DNA of 64,000 nt. Source: Candidatus Omnitrophota bacterium. GTDB taxonomy: Bacteria > Omnitrophota > Gorgyraeia > 1-14-0-20-64-10. A model generated the notes under the pieces. It worked only from the letters and a program-made list of their open reading frames with translations. It was not told the origin of the DNA and did no database searches. The stretch covers positions 71,079-135,078 of the forward strand of contig JACOVG010000024.1 of assembly GCA_016177405.1 (NCBI GenBank), in the 5' to 3' direction. Position 1 is the stretch's first letter, and each line of letters opens with the position of its first letter. Positions 47,413 to 56,881 of the stretch are shown here, piece after piece. Both the position numbers and the translations under genes were made by a program.

Positions 47413-48804
47413 GTGAAAAAGCTTTTTGTTGAGACGTATGGATGCCAAATGAATGTGAGGGACTCGGAGGAGGTGACCGGGCTCCTGCTGGAGCGGGGGT
47501 ATGCCCTCACGGAGTCGCAGGCCGAGGCCGACGTGATTCTCTTTAACACCTGCGCGGTGCGGGAGCACGCGGAGCACCGGGTCTGGTCGAACGTGGGCGC
47601 CTTGAGGCAGATGAAGCGGGAGCGGCCGGAACTGATCATCGGGGTGATGGGCTGTATGGCCAAGTCCCAGCGGGAGACGATCTTCAAACGGATGCCGCAC
47701 GTGGACTTTATCTCCGGGCCGGCCCAGCTCTACGAGGTGCCGGAGCTGATTGAGACGATTTACGAAGAGCGCAAACCGATGGCAGCCATTCAGGACAAGC
47801 GCCGGGCAGAGTTCCAGAATATCTCCTACCACGCCAGCGGAGTGAGCGCGTTGGTGACGGTGATGGAAGGGTGCGACAAGGTCTGCAGTTATTGTGTGGT
47901 GCCCTACACCCGCGGGCCGGAGGTGAGCCGGCCGGCCGATGAGGTGATAGGGGAGGTCGAGCGGCTGGCCGGGCAGGGTTACCGGGAGGTGATGCTGTTG
48001 GGCCAGAACGTGAACTCTTACGGCAGACGGTGGCCCAGTGAACCGCTGGGGGTTCGTCCTTCGACAGGCTCAGGACGAACGGAACCGAATGAATCAGAGA
48101 AAACGGGTGGGAGCAGGATGAATTTTTCAAACTTGCTCAAGAGGGTCAATGCCGTCAAGGGAATTGAGCGGATTCGGTTCATCACCTCCCACCCGTGGGA
48201 CGCGGCCGAGGAACTTTTCGCGGCGATGAGAGACTTGCCGCGCGTCTGCGAGCATCTGCACCTTCCGGTCCAGTCCGGTTCGGATAAGGTCTTGGAGAGG
48301 ATGCGCCGGGGCTACACCGCCCAAGCGTATTTGGAGAAGCTTGAGCTCCTTCGGGAGTTGGTTCCGGCTGTGGCGGTGACGACCGATGTGATCGTTGGTT
48401 TCCCGGGCGAGACCGAAGAAGATTTTGAGTCCACGGTCCGGTTGGTGGAGGAAGCCCAGTTTGATTCGGCCTTCATCTTTTCCTATTCACCTAGGCCCTT
48501 TGCCGCGGCTTCCCGTTGGGTGGACGATGTGCCCCAAGAGGTGAAGGGTCGGCGTCTTCAGACCCTGCTGAAGCTTCAAGAGGGGATAGCGCGCTCCAAG
48601 GATGAAACGTTCACGGGTCAGGAGGTGGAGGTTTTGGTGGAGGAGCCAGGCGCAGGCCGGACTCGGACGAACCGAAAGGTCTATTTTGAGGCGGAGGGAG
48701 TTAAGCCGGGGGAATTGGTAAAGGTACGGGTGGAAGGGGTGCGAGGGCACAGCCTGATGGGAAAGGTGATGCCGTGCTTAAAAACAGTCGGGGTCCGATC
48801 CTGA
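47413..48804 (+). CDS. miaB: tRNA-i6A37 methylthiotransferase MiaB (radical SAM) with a ~20-aa hairpin-encoded insertion
   Basis: MTTase N-domain ETYGCQMN. Radical-SAM CDKVCSYCVVP. TRAM C-terminus. The insertion PSEPLGVRPSTGSGRTEPNESEKT follows the GQNVNSYG motif. Confidence 0.85.
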   Translation: MKKLFVETYGCQMNVRDSEEVTGLLLERGYALTESQAEADVILFNTCAVREHAEHRVWSNVGALRQMKRERPELIIGVMGCMAKSQRETIFKRMPHVDFISGPAQLYEVPELIETIYEERKPMAAIQDKRRAEFQNISYHASGVSALVTVMEGCDKVCSYCVVPYTRGPEVSRPADEVIGEVERLAGQGYREVMLLGQNVNSYGRRWPSEPLGVRPSTGSGRTEPNESEKTGGSRMNFSNLLKRVNAVKGIERIRFITSHPWDAAEELFAAMRDLPRVCEHLHLPVQSGSDKVLERMRRGYTAQAYLEKLELLRELVPAVAVTTDVIVGFPGETEEDFESTVRLVEEAQFDSAFIFSYSPRPFAAASRWVDDVPQEVKGRRLQTLLKLQEGIARSKDETFTGQEVEVLVEEPGAGRTRTNRKVYFEAEGVKPGELVKVRVEGVRGHSLMGKVMPCLKTVGVRS

Positions 48805-49364
48805 AGAGATTGCTTCGTCCGCCAGCAATTGCTGGCGGACTCGCAATGACATTGGCACTGACGACTGCTTTTGCCGCGGACGACCTCCACTCACTGCAGG
48901 AACTCTTCCTGCGGGGCGAGTACGCCGCGGTGGTCGAGAAAACAAAAGGGCTTCTGCCGCGCGCCCGGTACGATCGGGACGGATTGCTCTACCTTCAGGG
49001 GCTCTCGGCCCTCAAGCTGAAGGAGACGGAGCTGGCCCGAAGCTCTCTGGAGGAGCTGATGACCCGGTACCCCCAGAGCCCTTTTTCTTCGCAGGCCAAG
49101 CTGGCCGTAAGCCAGGTTCAAACCCCCTCGGACGAGCCGGTTCTTTTCTCCGTGCAGGTGGGGGCCTTCCAGACCCGCGCCAACGCCGTGAAATTAGCGG
49201 AGGAGCTTAAGCGCCGTGGATACGACGCGGATGTGTCCGAGGCCCAGATGCACGGCAAGCGCTTCTTCCGGGTGCGGGTCGGGCAGTATGCCGACCGGCC
49301 GCAGGCCGAATCCAAGGCGCGAGACCTCGCTCAAGAAGGCTTTCCCACCAAGATTGTTCCCTAG
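48774..49364 (+). CDS. SPOR-domain protein with TPR-like N-terminal region and a signal peptide
   Basis: C-terminal FSVQVGAFQTRANAVKLAEELKRRGYDA...FRVRVGQY is a SPOR peptidoglycan-binding fold. Confidence 0.6.
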   Translation: MLKNSRGPILKRLLRPPAIAGGLAMTLALTTAFAADDLHSLQELFLRGEYAAVVEKTKGLLPRARYDRDGLLYLQGLSALKLKETELARSSLEELMTRYPQSPFSSQAKLAVSQVQTPSDEPVLFSVQVGAFQTRANAVKLAEELKRRGYDADVSEAQMHGKRFFRVRVGQYADRPQAESKARDLAQEGFPTKIVP

Positions 49365-50286
49365 CTCGATCGGGATCGTCGGCCCCACCGGCATCGGGAA
49401 ATCGGAAGTCGCCATCCGGATCGCCCGGAAGATTCCGGCAGAGATCATCAGCGTGGACTCCATGCAGGTCTACCGGGGGATGGACCTGGGCACCGGCAAA
49501 CCCTCCGCTTCTGTCCGCGAGGAGATCCCGCACCACGGCCTGGATCTGCTGGGACCGGAGGAGGAATTCAACGTGGGCCGGTACCTGGCGGCGGTGGCTC
49601 CGCTGGTGGACCAAATCAACCAAAGGGGGCGGCTGGCCCTCCTGGTGGGGGGGACAGGGCTTTACCTGAAACGCCTTCTGGACGGCTTGTGCCCCGCACC
49701 CGGGGGGTCCGCCTCCGTGCGAAAAGAGCTTTTTGAGCGGGCCGAAGCCGAGGGCTCTTGGGTTCTTCACGCCAAGCTTCAAGAGGTGGATCCGGCCAGC
49801 GCCGTGAGGATTCATCCCAACGATTTGAAGAAGACGGTCCGCGCCCTGGAGGTTTATCAGCTCACCCGGAGGCCGATCAGCGACTGGCACAAGGCCACCG
49901 AGCCCCTTTTGGCGGGGGAGGGGGAGGTTCGTCTCTTTGGTTTGACCGGCGCGAGGGAGTTTGTCTACCGGCGGATTGAAGAGCGGGTGGACCGGTGGCT
50001 GGCCCAGGGCTGGCTGGAAGAGGCCAAGAGGCTTCAGGGAGTTCCCTTAAGCCGGACGGCCAGGAAGGCCTTGGGCTACGAGGAGCTTTTTTCTTTCCTC
50101 GCGGGCAAGACCGATTGGGAGGCGACGGTGGGGCTGATCAAGCAAAGAAGCCGGCAGTATGCCAAACGGCAGTGGACCTGGTTCAAGGCGGACCCGCGGG
50201 TGGTCTGGATTTCTGTGGATGGAAAGACGGCGGATGAGGCCGCGGAAGAAATCCTTCGCGGGTTAAAACCCGGCGCCCTGGACTGA
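49354..50286 (+). CDS. miaA: tRNA dimethylallyltransferase MiaA
   Basis: IVGPTGIGKSEVAI P-loop, SVDSMQVYRGMDLGTGKP. The true start is probably TTG at 49354. The listed ORF start (49216) lies inside the SPOR gene. Confidence 0.8.
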   Translation: MFPSSIGIVGPTGIGKSEVAIRIARKIPAEIISVDSMQVYRGMDLGTGKPSASVREEIPHHGLDLLGPEEEFNVGRYLAAVAPLVDQINQRGRLALLVGGTGLYLKRLLDGLCPAPGGSASVRKELFERAEAEGSWVLHAKLQEVDPASAVRIHPNDLKKTVRALEVYQLTRRPISDWHKATEPLLAGEGEVRLFGLTGAREFVYRRIEERVDRWLAQGWLEEAKRLQGVPLSRTARKALGYEELFSFLAGKTDWEATVGLIKQRSRQYAKRQWTWFKADPRVVWISVDGKTADEAAEEILRGLKPGALD

Positions 50287-51545
50287 TGGAAAAGGCGCTG
50301 GTGGTTTTACCTTGGTTCACGGCCTCGGCCTACCAGGACCGGTGGCCCGTGGAGGATTCGATGGAGGAATTGAGCGAGCTCGCCAAGGCCGCCCGCCTGG
50401 AGGTGGTGGGCCGGGAAAGGGTGAACCGGGAACGTCCCACCCCGGGCCTTTTTCTGGGCAAGGGCAAGGTGGAGGATCTTCGCGCCTTGGCCGGATCGCT
50501 CAAGGCCGAGGTGGTCGTTTTTGGCGAGGATTTAAGCTTCACCCAGCAGCGCAACCTGGAGGAGGGGCTGGGCCAAAAGGTGGTGGACCGGACCCAGCTT
50601 ATCCTGGACATCTTCGCCCGGCGGGCGAAGTCTCAAGAGGGAAAGGCCCAAGTGGAGCTGGCCCAGCTGCAGTACCTCCTTCCGCGGCTGTCGGGCAAGG
50701 GGATCCTGCTGTCCCGTTTGGGAGGCGGCATCGGGACCCGCGGGCCCGGCGAGCAGAAGCTGGAGATGGACCGCCGGAAAATCCGCCTGCGTGTTGGGCG
50801 GCTGGCCCAAGAGATCCGGGAGATTCACAACCGGCGCGCGATCGCCCGGGGCAAACGCCATGAGGAGGAGATTCCCACGGCGGCCTTGATCGGCTACACC
50901 AACGTGGGAAAGACGACGCTCCTGAACGCGCTGACCCGCGCGGGCGCCCGCGCCCTGGACCAGCCCTTCACCACGCTGGACCCATTGGCCCGGAGGATGG
51001 TCCTCCCCACTTGCCAGCCGCTCTTGCTAAGCGACACGGTCGGTTTCCTGCACCGGCTCCCGCACCATCTGGTGGAGGCCTTCCGGGCCACCCTGGAGGA
51101 GGTGACCGAGGCCGACGTCCTGCTTCATGTCTGCGACGCCTCTTCGGCCTTGCTCACGGAGCAATCCGAGGCGGTTTACGAGGTGCTGGGCCTGCTTAAA
51201 GCGCGGGAGAAAACCCTCCTGACGGTGATGAACAAGGTGGACCGGTTGGACGAGGCGGCGCGTCTTGGCCTGGAGCGCAGATACCCGGAGGCGGTTTTCC
51301 TGTCGGCCCTCACCGGGGAGGGTCTGGCCGTTCTGACGGACCGGATCGGGAGCCTTTTAAGCCGGCTCACGAGGCCCGCCAGCATCCGGATCCCGCCGGG
51401 TGAGGAGCGGTGGCTTAAAAGGATCTATGAGGAGGGAAGGGTTCTGGAAAGGGAAGACCAGCCGGAAGCGATTCTTCTTAAAGCCAGAATTCCGGAACGC
51501 CTGTTTGGGCAGCTCAAAAAAGCCGGCAAGATTGTCACCGGCTAG
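50286..51545 (+). CDS. hflX: GTPase HflX
   Basis: HflX N-domain. G1 GYTNVGKTT, G3 DTVGF, G4 NKVD. Confidence 0.85.
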   Translation: MEKALVVLPWFTASAYQDRWPVEDSMEELSELAKAARLEVVGRERVNRERPTPGLFLGKGKVEDLRALAGSLKAEVVVFGEDLSFTQQRNLEEGLGQKVVDRTQLILDIFARRAKSQEGKAQVELAQLQYLLPRLSGKGILLSRLGGGIGTRGPGEQKLEMDRRKIRLRVGRLAQEIREIHNRRAIARGKRHEEEIPTAALIGYTNVGKTTLLNALTRAGARALDQPFTTLDPLARRMVLPTCQPLLLSDTVGFLHRLPHHLVEAFRATLEEVTEADVLLHVCDASSALLTEQSEAVYEVLGLLKAREKTLLTVMNKVDRLDEAARLGLERRYPEAVFLSALTGEGLAVLTDRIGSLLSRLTRPASIRIPPGEERWLKRIYEEGRVLEREDQPEAILLKARIPERLFGQLKKAGKIVTG

Positions 51546-51561
51546 GCACTGATGTTACCCC

Positions 51562-51590
51562 TTGACAGGATTTGGCGGAGTGGTAAACTT
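51562..51590 (+). promoter_or_regulatory. candidate sigma70 promoter (TTGACA-16/17-TAAACT) of the hrcA-grpE-dnaK-dnaJ operon
   Basis: Consensus -35 TTGACA at 51562-51567. The -10-like TAAACT sits immediately upstream of CIRCE. Confidence 0.4.
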
Positions 51591-51598
51591 ACTATTGG

Positions 51599-51625
51599 TT
51601 ATCACTCTCAATGAAAGAGTGCTAG
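51599..51625 (+). promoter_or_regulatory. CIRCE operator (HrcA binding site), TTATCACTC-N9-GAGTGCTAG
   Basis: Matches the CIRCE consensus TTAGCACTC-N9-GAGTGCTAA at 15 of 18 positions. Located 14 nt upstream of hrcA. Confidence 0.75.
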
Positions 51626-51638
51626 GAATAGAGAAAAT

Positions 51639-52676
51639 ATGGACACAACTCATTTAAGATCAAGAACTTATAGGATATTTGAGTCAATCATACAGGCCCA
51701 CGTCGAGTCAGCCTGCCCGGTTGGGTCAGAGTTTTTGTGCCAGAGAAACCGCTTTGGGGTCAGCCCCGCCACCATCCGGAACGTCATGGTCGAGCTGGAG
51801 GGGCTGGGGCTGATCACTCATCCGCACACCTCCGCCGGGAGGGTTCCCACCGACCGAGGCTGGCGCTATTACGTGGATCTCCTGATGGAGCCCAGCCGTT
51901 TAAGGCCCGAGGAAGAGGAATTGATTGAAGGTTTTTCAGAACCGGAAACAGACGACGCGCAGGAGATTCTATCCCTGGCGGCCCGCTTGCTGGGGGAGCT
52001 GACCGATGGGGCGGGGGTTGTCCTGGTGCCGCAATTGAGCCAGGGCTCTTACCGGTACCTCAAGCTGATCCGTGTCACCCCGGAGGAGATCGTGGCGGTC
52101 CTGATCTCTTCGGAGGGTTTGGTGCGGCATACGCGAATGGAGCTCGCGGAGGCGCTGGCGGAGGAGGAGCTTGCCCGGATAGAGCACCTCCTGAACCAGG
52201 AGCTTGCCGGGATGCCGCTGGCCCAGGTGCAGGGGTATCTCCAGCATGTCTTGATGGGTTCGGAGTCTCCGGTTTATCCGCTCGTCAAGCGGGCGTTGAC
52301 CCTGCTGTCTTTGGGAAACCTCCTGGAGGAGGCGGCGGCGTTGATCTTGGAAGGCTCCAGCCGGGTTTTAAAGGCCCCGGAATTCGTCAGGGACATGGAG
52401 CGAACCAGGCGTTTGGTGAGGGCGTTGGAGGAGAAGGAGGATCTGATCGAGATTCTCCGGCGCGACCTGTCGGCCGACACGATAAAAATCCACATCGGCT
52501 CGGAGAACCGGGGAACCCCCCTGACCGACTGCGCGATTGTGGCCGCCCCCTACCGCCTGCGGGGCGGCGTCAACGGAACCTTGGGAGTCGTGGGGCCGAC
52601 CCGGATGAATTACCCCAGGGTGACCGCGATCGTTCACCGGATGGCCCAGGCGGTCGGCCGGGCCTTTGAGGGATGA
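51639..52676 (+). CDS. hrcA: heat-inducible transcription repressor HrcA
   Basis: N-terminal winged-helix region with LGLITHPHTSAGRVPTD. Length 345 aa. Precedes grpE. Confidence 0.85.
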   Translation: MDTTHLRSRTYRIFESIIQAHVESACPVGSEFLCQRNRFGVSPATIRNVMVELEGLGLITHPHTSAGRVPTDRGWRYYVDLLMEPSRLRPEEEELIEGFSEPETDDAQEILSLAARLLGELTDGAGVVLVPQLSQGSYRYLKLIRVTPEEIVAVLISSEGLVRHTRMELAEALAEEELARIEHLLNQELAGMPLAQVQGYLQHVLMGSESPVYPLVKRALTLLSLGNLLEEAAALILEGSSRVLKAPEFVRDMERTRRLVRALEEKEDLIEILRRDLSADTIKIHIGSENRGTPLTDCAIVAAPYRLRGGVNGTLGVVGPTRMNYPRVTAIVHRMAQAVGRAFEG

Positions 52677-53167
52677 AGGCCGAGCCGGAGAAACCCGCGG
52701 CCGAGCCCAAGCCGGCGCTCGCGCCGGCCGATGAGGTTGCTGGGCTCAAGGATCAGCTCCTGCGCTTGAGGGCGGAATTCGAGAACGCCAGGAAGCGCTG
52801 GCTCAAGGAGGTGACCGAGGTCGAGGAGAATTCAAACGCGGATCTTTTGCGCGAACTGCTGGACATTTACGACGACTTTGAAAGGGCCCTGGCGACTGTG
52901 CCGGCGCAAACCGAGAACAAGCCGATTCGCTCCGGCGTGGAGATGATCGCCAAGAGAATGGAGGGTTTCTTGAAGTCGTACGGGGTGACCCCTATGGAAA
53001 CCCAGGGCAAACTCTTCGATCCCTTGCTGCACGAGGCGGTCGCCCACGAGGAAAACGCCTCGGTTCAGGAATCCACGGTCTTGGAAGAACTTAAAAAGGG
53101 CTACCTCATAAATGGACGTGTCTTACGGCACGCCATGGTGAAGGTGGCCGTTCATAAGGAGGGTTAG
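52673..53167 (+). CDS. grpE: nucleotide exchange factor GrpE
   Basis: [13 protein letters not shown] coiled-coil and a C-terminal beta domain. Confidence 0.85.
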   Translation: MKAEPEKPAAEPKPALAPADEVAGLKDQLLRLRAEFENARKRWLKEVTEVEENSNADLLRELLDIYDDFERALATVPAQTENKPIRSGVEMIAKRMEGFLKSYGVTPMETQGKLFDPLLHEAVAHEENASVQESTVLEELKKGYLINGRVLRHAMVKVAVHKEG

Positions 53168-53169
53168 CG

Positions 53170-55080
53170 ATGGGAAGGGCCATTGGAATTGATTTGGGAA
53201 CGTCCAACTCCGCGGCGGCCGTGATGGAAGGGGCCCGGCCGGTGATCATCCCTTCGGCGGAGGGGACCACCGTCGGGGGGAAAGCCTTCCCCTCGTACGT
53301 GGCCATCACCAAGGACGGCCAGCGCCTGGTGGGCGAGCCGGCCCGGCGGCAGGCGGCCATCAACCCCGAGGGGACGGTCATCGCCGCGAAAAGGAAGATG
53401 GGCACGGACCATCTCTTTAAAATCCACGGGAAGGAATACACGCCCCAGCAGATCTCGGCCTTCATTTTGCAGAAGATCCGGCAGGATGCCGAAAGCTATC
53501 TTTCCGGCCAGGTGGAGGAAGCGGTGATCACGGTCCCGGCCTACTTCAACGACAACCAGCGCCAGGCCACCAAGGACGCCGGGGAGATCGCCGGGTTGAA
53601 GGTTCTGCGGATCATCAACGAGCCGACCGCCGCCTGCCTGGCCTACGGTTTGGACAAGGCCGAACAGGAACAGAAGATCCTGGTCTTTGACTTAGGCGGC
53701 GGCACCCTGGATGTGACGATCATGGAGATGTATTACGTCAAGGAGGAGAAGACCTCCGGCTTTGAGGTTCTCTCCACCTCCGGGGACACCCAGCTGGGCG
53801 GCACCGACATGGACAACACCCTGATCGACCACATCGCCCTGGAGTTCAAGAGGGAGACGGGCCTGGACGTCCGCAACGACAAGATGGCCCTCCAGCGGGT
53901 CCGGGAGGCGGCCGAAAAGGCGAAGATCGAGCTTTCAAACGTTTTGCAGACCGACATCAACCTCCCCTTCATCACGGCCGACGCGACGGGTCCCAAGCAC
54001 CTGACCCTGACCGTGAGCCGCGCCAAGCTGGAGGAGCTGATCGGCCCCATCATCGAGCGCTGCCGGCACCCCCTGGAGCAGGCCCTCTCCGACGCCAAGC
54101 TCGCGGCCGACGGAGTGGACAAGGTGATCCTGGTGGGCGGGCCCACCCGGATGCCGATCGTCCAGCGTTTTGTCGAGGCGTACGTCGGCCCCAAGAAGGT
54201 GGTTCGGGGGATCGACCCCATGGAGTGCGTGGCCATGGGGGCCGCCATCCAGGCGGCGGCCTTGAAGGGGGAGATCAAGGACATCCAGCTTCTGGATGTG
54301 ACCCCGCTTTCCTTGGGAATAGAAACGCTGGGCGGGGTTTTCACCAAGCTGATCGAGAGGAATACCACCATCCCCACCCGGAAATCCCAGGTCTTCTCCA
54401 CTGCCGAGAACAACCAGCCGGCGGTGACCGTGCGGGTCCTTCAGGGCGAGCGGGCTATGGCCGGCGACAACGTGGAGCTGGGACGATTTGACCTGGTCGG
54501 GATTCCTCCGGCGCCCCGCGGCATCCCGCAGATCGAGGTCACCTTCGACATTGACGCCAACGGCATTGTGCACGTTTCGGCCAAGGACCGGGGAACCGGC
54601 AAGGAGCAGTCGATCCGGATCACGGCGCCTCACAAGCTCGCCGCCGATGAGATTGACCGGATGGTGAAGCAGGCCGAGCAGTTCGCCGACGCCGACAAGA
54701 AGCGGCGCGAGGAGGTGGAGCTTAAGAACCAGGCCGACACCTTGGCCTACGCCACCGAGAAGGGCCTCAAGGATTTCGGGGACAAGGTTTCTCCGGTTGA
54801 CCGGGCGCAGGTGGAAGAGAAATTGAAGACCCTGAAGGCCGCCCTTCAGGGATCGGATTCCGCCGCCATCCGCAAGGCGATGGAGGAGCTCACCTCGGTC
54901 AGCCACAAGCTGGCGGAGGAGGCCTACCGGGCCTCGGCGGCCAAGACGCAGGGCGCGTCAGGACCCGGCGGCGCCGGCAATGGTCCGGACTCCGGTTCGG
55001 GGGAGGCTGGCCCCGCCCAGGAGAAGAAGAAAGAGGATGTCATCGACGCCGAATTCAAGGTGGACGACGAGAAGCCGTGA
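53170..55080 (+). CDS. dnaK: molecular chaperone DnaK (Hsp70)
   Basis: [22 protein letters not shown], and a C-terminal GPGGAG...[12 protein letters not shown] tail. Confidence 0.95.
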   Translation: MGRAIGIDLGTSNSAAAVMEGARPVIIPSAEGTTVGGKAFPSYVAITKDGQRLVGEPARRQAAINPEGTVIAAKRKMGTDHLFKIHGKEYTPQQISAFILQKIRQDAESYLSGQVEEAVITVPAYFNDNQRQATKDAGEIAGLKVLRIINEPTAACLAYGLDKAEQEQKILVFDLGGGTLDVTIMEMYYVKEEKTSGFEVLSTSGDTQLGGTDMDNTLIDHIALEFKRETGLDVRNDKMALQRVREAAEKAKIELSNVLQTDINLPFITADATGPKHLTLTVSRAKLEELIGPIIERCRHPLEQALSDAKLAADGVDKVILVGGPTRMPIVQRFVEAYVGPKKVVRGIDPMECVAMGAAIQAAALKGEIKDIQLLDVTPLSLGIETLGGVFTKLIERNTTIPTRKSQVFSTAENNQPAVTVRVLQGERAMAGDNVELGRFDLVGIPPAPRGIPQIEVTFDIDANGIVHVSAKDRGTGKEQSIRITAPHKLAADEIDRMVKQAEQFADADKKRREEVELKNQADTLAYATEKGLKDFGDKVSPVDRAQVEEKLKTLKAALQGSDSAAIRKAMEELTSVSHKLAEEAYRASAAKTQGASGPGGAGNGPDSGSGEAGPAQEKKKEDVIDAEFKVDDEKP

Positions 55081-55096
55081 CCCTTCCGGCGGAAAG

Positions 55097-55145
55097 GTCA
55101 TCCTCACGAAAGTGAGGATCTGATCCCCGCTTTCGCGGGGATGAC
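55097..55145. repeat. pair of REP-like hairpins (gtcatcctcac-gaaa-gtgaggatc; tgatccccgc-tttc-gcggggatgac) between dnaK and dnaJ
   Basis: Exact reverse complements of the hairpins at 3502-3529 and 3427-3474. 8-bp perfect stems with GAAA/TTTC loops. Confidence 0.65.
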
Positions 55146-55157
55146 AGCGAGGTTGAA

Positions 55158-56327
55158 ATGCCGGTAGCGAAGAAGGATTACTATGAGGTCTTAGGCGTCG
55201 GCCGCCAGGCCAGCGCCGATGAGGTCAAGCAGGCGTTTCGGCGACTGGCGATGAAGCACCACCCGGACCGCCACGCCACCACCAACAAGAAAGAGGCGGA
55301 GGAGAAGTTCAAGGAGATCTCCGAGGCCTACGAGGTCCTAAGCGACGCTCAAAAACGCTCCGCCTACGACCAGTACGGCCACTCCGGAGTGGAGGGGGCG
55401 TTCCGGCACGGCAATTTCAGCTGGGAGGACTTCACCCATTTTGAGGATTTGTCAGACCTCTTTGGCGGGCTCGATGACGTGCTTTCTTCCTTTGGCCTGG
55501 GAGGAATGTTTGGGGCGGGGGGGCGGTCCCGCTCCCGGCCGGGGCAGGGGGCTGCCGGTGAAGATCTGGGTGCCGCCCTGGAGGTGGATCTCCCGCAGGT
55601 TTTGACGGGAACCGAGATTCCCCTGGCTTACAAAAGGCGGGAGGTCTGCGCCGCTTGCTCGGGAACCGGCAGCCGGGACCCCAAGGGCCGTGTCACCTGT
55701 CCGGAGTGCCAGGGGCACGGTCAGGTCCGGATGAGCTCCGGTTTTTTCACCATGGCCACCACCTGCCGCCGCTGCCGGGGGCAAGGAGAGATCATCAAGG
55801 AGGCTTGTCCGGCCTGCCGCGGCCAGGGACGAACCGTGGAGGACCGGAAGCTGACGGTCCGGGTGCCGGCGGGGGTGGATTCGGGGGTCCGGCTCAAGCT
55901 CTCCGGGGAAGGGGAGGCCGGTCTCAAGGGGGCGCCCCGAGGAGATCTTTACGTGGAGATCCGGGTCCGGCCGCACCCTCTCTTTGAGCGCCACGGGGAT
56001 GACCTTTACTGCGAGCTTCCGATCAGCATGGTTCAGGCGTCGCTGGGCTGTGAGCTTTCGGCGCCGACGCTGGATGGCACCGTCACCATGAAGATCCCTC
56101 CCGGGACGCAGCCGGGCTCCCTGTTCCGGCTGCGGGGCAAGGGGTTGCCCTCCCTGCGCGGCGGGGGCCGGGGAGACCAGATGGTCCGGGTGGAGGTGGA
56201 GATTCCGGCTCGGTTGACGGCCCAGGGGAAGAAACTCCTTGAAGAATTTTCCAGGATAAGCGAAGATCATCTTTTTCCTGGAATCGAGAAGTTCTGGCGG
56301 CAAGTGAAGGGGTGGATGAAGCCATAG
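55158..56327 (+). CDS. dnaJ: molecular chaperone DnaJ
   Basis: J-domain with HPD. G/F-rich region. Four CxxCxGxG zinc-finger repeats. Confidence 0.9.
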   Translation: MPVAKKDYYEVLGVGRQASADEVKQAFRRLAMKHHPDRHATTNKKEAEEKFKEISEAYEVLSDAQKRSAYDQYGHSGVEGAFRHGNFSWEDFTHFEDLSDLFGGLDDVLSSFGLGGMFGAGGRSRSRPGQGAAGEDLGAALEVDLPQVLTGTEIPLAYKRREVCAACSGTGSRDPKGRVTCPECQGHGQVRMSSGFFTMATTCRRCRGQGEIIKEACPACRGQGRTVEDRKLTVRVPAGVDSGVRLKLSGEGEAGLKGAPRGDLYVEIRVRPHPLFERHGDDLYCELPISMVQASLGCELSAPTLDGTVTMKIPPGTQPGSLFRLRGKGLPSLRGGGRGDQMVRVEVEIPARLTAQGKKLLEEFSRISEDHLFPGIEKFWRQVKGWMKP

Positions 56328-56606
56328 AGCCCCTTTCGCAACCTCCCGTGGCCGCGCTTAAGCTTAAATGCGAGCAGCGCAAGGAGCGAGGAGGAGGCGT
56401 ATCATGAGGGTCAGGATACGGTGACGACGAGCGACGAAGCGATGCGACGCATTTCAGCTAAGCCCTCCGGGTTGCGGCGGCAGGCGGCCATCTCCTTTGT
56501 CTCTCCTCCTCGGCGTACTCCATGAGTACGCCATCGTCGTCGTTCCTCGGATCTGGCCGCCTGGCGCTCGCAACGCGGCTCACGCGAGGTTGCGAAAGGG
56601 GCTCTT
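56327..56606. repeat. ~280-bp palindromic element with perfect 19-bp terminal inverted repeats (MITE-like or highly structured ncRNA)
   Basis: gagcccctttcgcaacctc at 56327-56345 and its exact reverse complement gaggttgcgaaaggggctc at 56588-56606. The interior has nested inverted repeats: ggcgtact-ccatg-agtacgcc, cgtatc...gatacg, and gaggaggagg/cctcctcctc. Confidence 0.5.
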
Positions 56607-56608
56607 AA

Positions 56609-56881
56609 ATGCCTACCTACGAGTATAAATGCGGCCATTGCGGCCGCCGGTTTGAGCGGTTTCAGCCGATCACCTCCAAGCCCGCGGCCCCCTGCCCGAA
56701 GTGCAAACGGTCGGCCAAGAGGCTGATCTCCGCGGGGGCGGGCCTTTTGTTCAAGGGGTCCGGGTTTTACGCCACCGACTACCGTTCCAGCGACTACAAG
56801 AAAAAGGCCAAGAGCGAAGGCCAGCCCCCCTGCGGCGCTTCCTCCAAGGCCGCGTGCCCGAAACCGTCGTGTAAGGCGTGA
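56609..56881 (+). CDS. FmdB-family zinc-ribbon putative regulatory protein
   Basis: The MPTYEYKCGHCG...CPKCK double CxxC zinc ribbon. Length 90 aa. Confidence 0.6.
   Translation: MPTYEYKCGHCGRRFERFQPITSKPAAPCPKCKRSAKRLISAGAGLLFKGSGFYATDYRSSDYKKKAKSEGQPPCGASSKAACPKPSCKA

Noticed and set aside
49216-49353. Upstream part of the listed ORF 49216..50286 (MDTTRMCPRPRCTAS...)
   Set aside because: It lies inside the SPOR-domain gene in another frame and is low-complexity. MiaA homology begins at the TTG at 49354.
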